This document shows, in pieces, positions 1-6,873 of a stretch of 10,937 nucleotides of DNA. The notes below the pieces were generated by a model. It was not told the DNA's origin and did not search any database. It saw nothing but the letters and a program-made list of their open reading frames with translations. Made by a program: the position numbers and the translations under genes. The DNA lies in contig JAYUVP010000164.1 of the NCBI GenBank assembly GCA_043753995.1, positions 1-10,937 on the forward strand. Direction: 5' to 3'. Within the stretch, counting starts at the first letter, position 1. Every line of letters begins with the position of its first letter. The stretch is from Fibrobacterota bacterium. Lineage in GTDB: Bacteria > Fibrobacterota > Fibrobacteria > UBA11236.

Positions 1-1
1 C

Positions 2-187
2 ATGCCGCAATGGGTGCAATGGATCACCTATCTCAATCCAGTGCGCTATTTCATGCAAGTCTTGCGTGAAATGTTTTTAAAGGGTTCCGGACTTACCGAA
101 ATGTGGCGGGAACTTCTGGCCATGCTCGCTATTGGCGCCTTTGTTTTTTCCCTGTCCATTGCATTATTCAAGCGCAAGGTCAGTTGA
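2..187 (+). CDS. ABC-2 type transporter permease, C-terminal fragment (YbhR/YbhS-like); gene begins before the window
   Basis: MPQWVQWITYLNPVRYFMQVLREMFLKGSG followed by a final TM helix and basic tail matches the conserved C-terminus (MP.W...lt.lnPl.yf....r...lkG.g) of ABC-2 permeases. Stop TGA at 185-187. Confidence 0.85.
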   Translation: MPQWVQWITYLNPVRYFMQVLREMFLKGSGLTEMWRELLAMLAIGAFVFSLSIALFKRKVS

Positions 188-1238
188 TCCTTGTTCGCAA
201 AACCAGCTTCCAAAATCGCGATTGCCTAGCCTTGGCATTCGCGTCTCCTACCGTGAGACCGGGATTTTCCGACCAGGTCCCAAAGTCATTCAGAAAATTC
301 AGGGATGCGCCATTCCGATGGCGCTGCTGAGACTGGGCGAAAACACCTTCCGATTCGCGTAATACCTTGGCCAAATGCCATTGGGCTTCAAACTCCAACT
401 CGGCACGACCAAAACTGCGTGCATGACCTAAAAGGAATTGCCAGGCTTGGGCCTCCATAGCATACCCCAGGCCTTGCTCACTTAAACCCGTCCAAAAAAC
501 ATTAGGCCCATGCAAAGCCGATTGACGTAAAACCTCGCCGGTCCAAGCCAAACGCAAAGCGGCTCCTGGCGCACGCTGACGTATGTCATAGGGTCTAACG
601 GGAAGAGAATCGAGAAAAACTTCGCGCAAAACTTCGAGGCATTGCTCCCAAGGGGGTTGATATAGGCGGACAAATAAACCTTGTGCTTCAGAAACACTTA
701 AAGGATTGAGGCGGCCCGCGCGGGACATGGCTTTCAGTAATAGGACCTCCAGGCGAGCTCCATATAAATCGGCACCAGAAAAAGGATGGGAGGAATAGAA
801 AAGCATACGCGCCGAAGGCAGCGCTCCCGCCTTTGCCGCCATGCGCGCACGCCAAAGATCAAGCATGGCATTGCCCGGATCCGCTGCCTGAGCCGCTTCG
901 GCAAGCGCATAAGCCTCTTGCATCTGGCCTAAATCGGCGGCCGTGGCACTCCATGCCGAAAGCAAAAGGGGATCTCGCGGGGACAGCAGGAAAGCGTCCC
1001 GCAAGGCCTCGCTGCGCTCCAGGGCATTGGTGTCTGCCAGGGCGGCTAAAAGCTTTACCTCGGCGTCATTTGGCAGCCAGCGCTGTAAATCTTCCAGCAA
1101 ATCCGGAGGCTCAAATTCGTGCAATGCGGCCCTTTGCCAGGAGGGAGGCATTCCCATTTCCTGGACGGGCTGACGGCAATTCCAGCAAAGCAGGGCGGTG
1201 ACGGCGGGAATGAGGAAACATTGACGTGACGGGTGCAT
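180..1238 (-). CDS. Hypothetical TPR-like alpha-helical protein, possibly a lipoprotein
   Basis: Long ORF (track 180..1310). The ATG at 1238 avoids overlap with mlaD and gives a short signal-like N-terminus (MHPSRQCFLIPAVTALLCWNC). TPR-like helices: LRDAFLLSPRDPLLLSAWS...EAYALAEAAQAADPGNAMLDLWRARMA. Its 3' end overlaps the permease 3' end by 8 bp. Confidence 0.65.
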   Translation of the reverse strand: MHPSRQCFLIPAVTALLCWNCRQPVQEMGMPPSWQRAALHEFEPPDLLEDLQRWLPNDAEVKLLAALADTNALERSEALRDAFLLSPRDPLLLSAWSATAADLGQMQEAYALAEAAQAADPGNAMLDLWRARMAAKAGALPSARMLFYSSHPFSGADLYGARLEVLLLKAMSRAGRLNPLSVSEAQGLFVRLYQPPWEQCLEVLREVFLDSLPVRPYDIRQRAPGAALRLAWTGEVLRQSALHGPNVFWTGLSEQGLGYAMEAQAWQFLLGHARSFGRAELEFEAQWHLAKVLRESEGVFAQSQQRHRNGASLNFLNDFGTWSENPGLTVGDANAKARQSRFWKLVLRTRIN

Positions 1239-1270
1239 CCACTTTTCCGATTTGTTACCCTTAGCGCGGC

Positions 1271-2203
1271 ATGGAAAACACCGCGCGCTGGATTGGTTAT
1301 GGAACGGCACTCGCCATCCTTGCCGTCCTATTATGGCTTCTCGCCACCTTGCGTGGCGAGCTTTCCTCGCCGTCTCATCTCATTCGAGTGCGTTTTGAGG
1401 AAACCGGAACCCTGAGGATCCAGGATCCGGTCACTCGCCAAGGTGTGGTGGTCGGTCGCGTGCATTCCGTGGCGACAGATTCCTCGGGGGCCGTGGTGAA
1501 CCTGGAGTTATTCGACAAAAACCCATTGCGATCCGATGCTCGCTTCGTGAATTTCAATCACAGCCTCATGGGCGATCGCATGGTGGTCTTGGTTCCGGGA
1601 CGGTCGCAACAAAACATGGATGAAAGCCAGGTGCAAATCGGTTTTTTTGCCAATGGGGTCGCAGAAACCATTCATAAAGTCGATGGCTTGCTCAAAATGG
1701 TTTGGCGAATTGAGTCCACCTCTCGACGATGGAAATCTCCCCGTGATAGCGCCGATTCCTGGAGCGGCACCGTCAGTCAAAAAATTTATCCCGTCTTTGA
1801 TGAAATCACCCGCCTTAGCGCGGCTTTAGGCCAAGCTCGACAAGGCCTTGAGCCTGACATTGCGGAATTGGAACGGAGCACCGAGCAACTCGCGGATTTA
1901 GCCTTGCGCGTGCATGCAAATGCGGACTCCTTGACACGCTTCGCTGCTATCTCGGTCATACGATTGGATTCCTTGGCACGCCTTGGCGAAGATTTGATTT
2001 TGCAAGTAGACAGTTTGATGCTGCTCAGCGTGGGACCTCAATCCGGATTGCGGCCACTATTGCTTGAACGCACCCTATATGATCGCACTTTGCAATTGAC
2101 CGAAACTTTACGATCGGTCTTGTCCATCCTGACTGTTGATGGACTTGACATAATTCACGCCAAAAACCTCCACCTCAAGCGAACTCACTCGGCTTCTCAT
2201 TGA
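1271..2203 (+). CDS. MlaD/MCE-domain protein
   Basis: N-terminal TM anchor, then the MCE signature RVRFEETGTLRIQDPVTRQGVVVGRVHSV...SLMGDRMVVLVPG, followed by a long helical/coiled-coil region. Confidence 0.88.
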   Translation: MENTARWIGYGTALAILAVLLWLLATLRGELSSPSHLIRVRFEETGTLRIQDPVTRQGVVVGRVHSVATDSSGAVVNLELFDKNPLRSDARFVNFNHSLMGDRMVVLVPGRSQQNMDESQVQIGFFANGVAETIHKVDGLLKMVWRIESTSRRWKSPRDSADSWSGTVSQKIYPVFDEITRLSAALGQARQGLEPDIAELERSTEQLADLALRVHANADSLTRFAAISVIRLDSLARLGEDLILQVDSLMLLSVGPQSGLRPLLLERTLYDRTLQLTETLRSVLSILTVDGLDIIHAKNLHLKRTHSASH

Positions 2204-2244
2204 CATCTTCCCACCGGCACCCTAGGTTTAAAACCAGGATGTTT

Positions 2245-2742
2245 ATGAAAAATTCTCTTCTTACAATTGCGCTCGGTTTCAATCTTTTTGTCCTAGCGGG
2301 TCCAGCTAAAGCGGAAGACCCACTTCTAGGCATTGTTCGTGCGGTCAAATGCCTCAATTGCGTGCCCGACTCCGTGGTACTATTGGTAGATGACCCCATT
2401 GAGCAAAAAGAAATCGAAGTTACCGTCCCCTCCCGGGATTACAATAAAATTATGGTGTCCCTTCAAGGCAGAAGCCTCCACACTCGCGATGAAGCCTGTT
2501 TTTACTGGGTGGAAAAGCTCAAGGTCCCTGCGGCCGTGACTAGCTATCCCACGGCAGCGACTTCCGACGCGAAACCGACCAAGCCGGCTACTCCCGCAAA
2601 GACCTCCAAGTCAGGCAATTCTGCCGATTCCAACTCGCCCGCCATGGCAGCCCTTCCCCCTAGCGATTCCGACAAGGCCAAGTTCACCACCAAAGAAAGC
2701 GCCTGCATACCTTATCACGCAAAGTCGCAAGGTGTGCATTAG
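2245..2742 (+). CDS. Hypothetical secreted protein with four Cys and a Pro/Ala/Thr/Lys/Ser-rich linker
   Basis: ATG 2245 is preceded by CAGGA (2235-2239). Sec signal MKNSLLTIALGFNLFVLAGPAKA|ED, a CLNC motif, and a low-complexity segment. Confidence 0.7.
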   Translation: MKNSLLTIALGFNLFVLAGPAKAEDPLLGIVRAVKCLNCVPDSVVLLVDDPIEQKEIEVTVPSRDYNKIMVSLQGRSLHTRDEACFYWVEKLKVPAAVTSYPTAATSDAKPTKPATPAKTSKSGNSADSNSPAMAALPPSDSDKAKFTTKESACIPYHAKSQGVH

Positions 2743-2784
2743 TGCCTATTTCTTGGCGGACCAGCCCTTAATCGAGCTCCGACC

Positions 2785-3246
2785 ATGACTTCCTCTGCCT
2801 TGGAATTATTAAGCTTCACGGCGCGACGCTTTATACAATTTGAAACCCGCTTTTACCGTGAAGAACCTGCCAGGCGGCAAAAAATCTCGACCTATTTCCA
2901 AATGTTGGCCGCTGCTATATGGCAGTTGCGCGATGAGCTATGCCGACAAAAAGTTCCCTTGGAAACATCGCGTGAATTAGCCAAGCTGGCTAGTGTTTTA
3001 CCCGACCATGTGGAAATGGAATTGGGGGGCCCCGAGACGGAAAGGTTGCAGCAATTCTTAGAACAGGCCTGTGATACCGAGCGCATTTACCGTGAATTCA
3101 ATGACTCGGCAAAGTCCCATTTTTTGGCCGAAGAGCTCGAAAAGGCCACTATTTTACTGCAAGCTCTGAGTCACGGACTTTATCTGCCAAGCCAGGAGCC
3201 TTGGACACCGTCCTCCGAAGGCGGCTTTACCGATCCCATCCTATAA
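2785..3246 (+). CDS. Hypothetical alpha-helical protein
   Basis: 153-aa ORF with amphipathic helical pattern that fills the gap between co-directional genes. No recognisable catalytic motif. Confidence 0.7.
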   Translation: MTSSALELLSFTARRFIQFETRFYREEPARRQKISTYFQMLAAAIWQLRDELCRQKVPLETSRELAKLASVLPDHVEMELGGPETERLQQFLEQACDTERIYREFNDSAKSHFLAEELEKATILLQALSHGLYLPSQEPWTPSSEGGFTDPIL

Positions 3247-3285
3247 GGCTCCACATTGTCAATACGCCGTTAGGGTTCCCCTGCT

Positions 3286-3313
3286 TTGCAAAAATGGCGA
3301 GCGGTGGTATGAT
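3286..3313 (+). promoter_or_regulatory. Putative sigma70 promoter for the 3342 gene
   Basis: TTGCAA (3286-3291), 16-bp spacer, then TATGAT (3308-3313) with extended -10 TG at 3305-3306. Confidence 0.55.
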
Positions 3314-3341
3314 GAGCTTATTGAGTCATACGGGAGACTGG

Positions 3342-3734
3342 ATGTCGCAAACCTTCACACAAGCCTATTTGAAAATGGTCGCGACGGCTAAGGAGGTTCA
3401 ATCCATTCGCCTAACCGAGCGTGTTTTTCCCGCGGGGGATTATGCGATTTTTGAGTCTCCGTTCATTCCCAATGGCGCAGTTTCTCAAATCGATGAAAGA
3501 TCGGCAGGCATCCCCCAAGAAAATGCCTTGGCCTGGCTCCCCAATCTCGCACAAATCATGGAATTATTCGGAGGCTATCATGCCTCGCTGTCCGCCATGC
3601 GCAAGGCTCTGTTTAGCAATGAAACCGCCCAGTACTTCGAAGCCTTCACAAGTTGGGAAGAATGCGTACTTGCCATTCTCATGCTTGAAAGATTCGGTAA
3701 ATACTGGAACGGCACCGAGTGGACAACCCCTTAG
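3342..3734 (+). CDS. Hypothetical protein (130 aa)
   Basis: ATG 3342 follows SD GGGAG (3332-3336) and lies downstream of the predicted promoter. Motif-like segments AYLKMVATAKEVQ, WLPNLAQIMEL, FTSWEECVLAILMLERFGKYWNGTEW. Confidence 0.75.
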   Translation: MSQTFTQAYLKMVATAKEVQSIRLTERVFPAGDYAIFESPFIPNGAVSQIDERSAGIPQENALAWLPNLAQIMELFGGYHASLSAMRKALFSNETAQYFEAFTSWEECVLAILMLERFGKYWNGTEWTTP

Positions 3735-3748
3735 GGCTGAGCTACCCC

Positions 3749-5119
3749 TTAAGCCACCTTAGCGCTGGTTTCTATTTGTAAAATCGCATCCAGCTTCCGG
3801 TAGATCGTGCGAAGCGAAATACCTAGTTCTTCCGCAGTCTTTTGCTTGTCGCCATGATTTCGCTTCAAGGTGTTTTGAATTACCGATAGCTCGATTTCAT
3901 CCATGGTCATGCCGCGGCCAATATAAACCTGGGAGCCCGCTTCGGGATTGGCTGACAATTCATCGGGCAAATCGTCGATTCCGATTTGATGCCCCATGCA
4001 AAGGATGACAGCGCGCTCGATGGCATTTTCCAATTCCCGGACATTCCCGGGCCAGCCATAATGCTCCATCATTTTCAAGGCATCGGCGGATACCGATAAA
4101 TTGTTTTTCTTGTTTTTCTTGCAATACTTCGCAATGAAAAAGCTGATAAGCGAATGCAAATCTTCCGAACGCTGCCGCAATGCTGGGATGTGCAAGGGAA
4201 TGACATTCAGACGATAAAACAAATCCTCACGGAAAAGCCCACCTTCGACTTGTTTGCGCAAGTTTTTATTGGTGGCAGCGATAATACGCACATCCACTTT
4301 ATGCGATCCCCCGCCGACCGGACTGACATCGCCCTCTTGTAAAACCCGCAGTAATTTGGGCTGCATGCTCATCGGCAATTCGCCAATTTCGTCGAGGAAA
4401 ATAGTGCCTCCATCGGCTTCGACGAATTTGCCTTTTTTGTCTTGATAGGCACCCGTGAAACTGCCCTTCTTGTATCCGAAAAGCTCGGATTCGATCAAAT
4501 TTTCTGGTATGGCGGCGCAATTCACCGTGACAAAAGGCTGATGTCCGCGATTGGAATTGGTCACGATATACTGGGCAACGACTTCTTTTCCTGTTCCCGA
4601 TTCGCCGAGAATGAGGATGGTAGCGTCACTGGTGGCGGCTTGCGAGGCCCTAGCCAAAAGCTCGCGGTATAAGCGGCTCTTCCCCAACTCAAAGGCCGGC
4701 ATTTGGCTTTTCTTTAGCTTTTCGCGGAGGAGGAAATTCTCTTCTAGCAAAGAAACTTTTTCAAAAGCGCGATTGACAACCGCGACGATTTCCTGCTTAT
4801 TAAAAGGCTTGGGGATAAAATCGTAAGCACCTTTTTTCATCGAGGTGACCGCGTCGTCGATACTACCGTGTCCCGTGATGACAATCACTTGAATGTGCGG
4901 ATTGAATTCCTTCACTTGCTGCAAGACTTGCAGACCGTCGAGTCCGGGCATTTTCAAATCCGTGATCACAACCTGGGGAATATTCGATTTCATCAACTCC
5001 AAGCCTTGCCTGGGATCGGTGGCGCTTAATATCTCACAACCCAGGCCATGCAAGGCGCGAGTAAGGGATTCAATTATGCTGGACTCGTCATCGATTATGA
5101 GCAGTTTCTGTTTCATCAT
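3749..5119 (-). CDS. Sigma54-dependent response regulator (NtrC/AtoC/ZraR family; REC + AAA+ + Fis HTH)
   Basis: REC domain (LIIDDE, phosphoacceptor ITDLKMP, ITGH, FIPKPF). Walker A GESGTGKE, ESELFG..KGSFTGA loop, Walker B IFLDE, FREDLFYRLNV, WPGNVRELEN, and HTH KQKTAEELGISLRTIYRKL. SD GGAGG upstream; start is 5119 or 5116. Confidence 0.97.
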   Translation of the reverse strand: MMKQKLLIIDDESSIIESLTRALHGLGCEILSATDPRQGLELMKSNIPQVVITDLKMPGLDGLQVLQQVKEFNPHIQVIVITGHGSIDDAVTSMKKGAYDFIPKPFNKQEIVAVVNRAFEKVSLLEENFLLREKLKKSQMPAFELGKSRLYRELLARASQAATSDATILILGESGTGKEVVAQYIVTNSNRGHQPFVTVNCAAIPENLIESELFGYKKGSFTGAYQDKKGKFVEADGGTIFLDEIGELPMSMQPKLLRVLQEGDVSPVGGGSHKVDVRIIAATNKNLRKQVEGGLFREDLFYRLNVIPLHIPALRQRSEDLHSLISFFIAKYCKKNKKNNLSVSADALKMMEHYGWPGNVRELENAIERAVILCMGHQIGIDDLPDELSANPEAGSQVYIGRGMTMDEIELSVIQNTLKRNHGDKQKTAEELGISLRTIYRKLDAILQIETSAKVA

Positions 5120-5142
5120 TCGCCCTCCATCCGACTGGGTAA

Positions 5143-5171
5143 AGCGTATCCTTTACAGGTCTAAGCTTGAA
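5143..5171 (-). promoter_or_regulatory. Possible sigma70 promoter for the response regulator
   Basis: On the minus strand: TTCAAG (5171-5166), 17 bp, TACGCT (5148-5143). Weak match. Confidence 0.3.
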
Positions 5172-5291
5172 GCCCAATTCGTCTGACATTTTGACAAGGT
5201 GGCATTCAGAATAAGCCAAGCTGGCAAGAGTGAAATCAATTGACTGCCTTGACTTGGCCATTTTGGGAAGATTTCCCAATAGCCAAGCACA

Positions 5292-5309
5292 ATGGATATG
5301 CGTATCCAT
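5292..5309. promoter_or_regulatory. Palindromic operator-like site abutting the sigma54 promoter
   Basis: Perfect inverted repeat ATGGATA-TGCG-TATCCAT ending 2 bp before the -24 element. Confidence 0.5.
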
Positions 5310-5311
5310 AA

Positions 5312-5327
5312 TGGTATTGATCTTGCT
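5312..5327 (+). promoter_or_regulatory. Sigma54 (-24/-12) promoter of the nirK operon
   Basis: TGGTATTGATCTTGCT versus consensus TGGCACGNNNNTTGCW, with exact GG-N10-GC spacing. Predicted +1 is about 5338, roughly 40 nt upstream of the nirK ATG. Confidence 0.65.
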
Positions 5328-5378
5328 CATTCAAAGATTGGCCACAAGGATTCTTGGCCAAGGAAAGGGTTAAAAACC

Positions 5379-6866
5379 ATGATGAAAGCAAACGATTTGA
5401 GTCGGGGAAAATCCAAGTGGTTTCGTGGGATGCTTTCGCTGTCAGGGGTTGTGGCCGCCACCACCCTAACTTGCCTAACCGTTCCTGAAGCTCAGACTTG
5501 GAAGGGAGAAGAAGAGGCCGTGCTCACCACGGCTCCACAAGTGCCACCTCCCATCACGCGCAAGCACAATGCCAAGGTCAAGGTGCATTTGGAGGTTCGC
5601 GAAATTAATAAACGCCTGGCTGATGGAGTCACCTATACCTTTTGGACTTTCGGTGGAGAAGTGCCGGGGAAATTCATACGCGTCAAAGAAGGCGATTATG
5701 TCGAATTCCATTTGAGCAATCACCCCGATAATAAAATGCCGCACAATATCGATTTGCATGCGGTGACAGGCCAAGGCGGTGGAGCCGGCGCATCCCTGAC
5801 TGCACCCGGACATTCTTCGGTGTTTTCTTTCACGGCCATCAATCCCGGGCTTTATGTCTATCACTGCGCAACCGCGCCTGTGGGCATGCATATCGCCAAT
5901 GGCATGTATGGCCTTATTCTCATCGAGCCGAAAAAAGGCTTACCCAAGGTCGATAAAGAGTTTTACGTGATGCAATCCGAATTTTATACCAAGGGTAAAA
6001 ATGGCGAAGGTGGTAATCAGGCTTTTGACATGGAAAAAGCCATCAAAGAACAACCGGATTATGTGGTCTTCAACGGTTCCGTAGGCGCCATGACTGGCGA
6101 TAAAGCCATCACCGCCGAAGTGGGACAAACCGTACGCCTTTTCCTCGGAAATGGCGGCCCCAATCTCTCCTCCTCCTTTCATGTCATCGGCGAAATTTTC
6201 GATCATGTCTATAGCTGGGGTGGAGTGAAAGCCGATCAGGAGCAAGTGCAAACCGTTTTGATACCTGCCGGCGGTTCGGCCATCGTGGACTTCAAATTAC
6301 AGGTGCCTGCCACCTATATCCTCGTTGATCACAGCATTTTCCGCGCTTTCAATAAAGGCGCCCTCGGCATGCTAAAGGTCACAGGCAAGGGTGACAGCCT
6401 GATATTTTCCGGCAAACAACGCGACGACATTTATTTGGCTGAAGGCTCGGCCATTCAAAGCGTGGAAGAAACCAAACCCACCGCCGCCGTCACCAGCTTG
6501 ACCTCGGCTCAATTGATGGAAAGAGGAAAGCGAGTCTATGGACAAGTATGTGTAGCCTGCCATCAAGCCAATGGCGAAGGCGTGCCTCAAGCCTTTCCAC
6601 CGGTGGCGAAGAGTTCCTATTTGATGAGCGACAAAAAGCGCGCCATCGGCGTGGTGCTCAACGGGCTTTCTGGCCCGGTCGAAGTCAATGGTCAAAAGTT
6701 CAATAGCCTCATGCCTAAGCTGAATTTGAACGATGCCGACGTGGCTTCTGTGCTCACCTATGTGCGCAAAAATTTCGGGAATAATGCCCCCGACGACGTC
6801 ACCCTGGATGAAGTCAGTGCGGTGAGAAAGGCCACGCCAGGCCAAACCGCTACCCCTGCCGAATAG
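5379..6866 (+). CDS. nirK: Copper-containing nitrite reductase (AniA-like) with C-terminal cytochrome c domain
   Basis: Cu ligands and catalytic residues: PHNIDLHAV, YHCATAPVGMHIANGMYG, SSFHVIGEIFD, YILVDHS. C-terminal heme motif CVACH with PQAFPP and axial Met (NSLMP). N-terminal signal peptide. ATG 5379 follows purine-rich AAGGAAAGGG; the track start at 5292 lies upstream of the predicted promoter. Confidence 0.97.
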   Translation: MMKANDLSRGKSKWFRGMLSLSGVVAATTLTCLTVPEAQTWKGEEEAVLTTAPQVPPPITRKHNAKVKVHLEVREINKRLADGVTYTFWTFGGEVPGKFIRVKEGDYVEFHLSNHPDNKMPHNIDLHAVTGQGGGAGASLTAPGHSSVFSFTAINPGLYVYHCATAPVGMHIANGMYGLILIEPKKGLPKVDKEFYVMQSEFYTKGKNGEGGNQAFDMEKAIKEQPDYVVFNGSVGAMTGDKAITAEVGQTVRLFLGNGGPNLSSSFHVIGEIFDHVYSWGGVKADQEQVQTVLIPAGGSAIVDFKLQVPATYILVDHSIFRAFNKGALGMLKVTGKGDSLIFSGKQRDDIYLAEGSAIQSVEETKPTAAVTSLTSAQLMERGKRVYGQVCVACHQANGEGVPQAFPPVAKSSYLMSDKKRAIGVVLNGLSGPVEVNGQKFNSLMPKLNLNDADVASVLTYVRKNFGNNAPDDVTLDEVSAVRKATPGQTATPAE

Positions 6867-6873
6867 GTTGAAT

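Noticed and set aside
2350..2364. CLNC as a heme c binding motif
   Set aside because: The next residue is Val, not His, so it is not CxxCH.
3201..3341. Upstream extension of ORF 3201..3734
   Set aside because: It overlaps the previous gene and spans the predicted promoter. The SD supports ATG 3342.
3726..3761. ACCCCTTA repeated twice plus ACCTTA at the convergent stop codons
   Set aside because: Too short and too few copies for CRISPR or an att site. It partly reflects the stop codons themselves.
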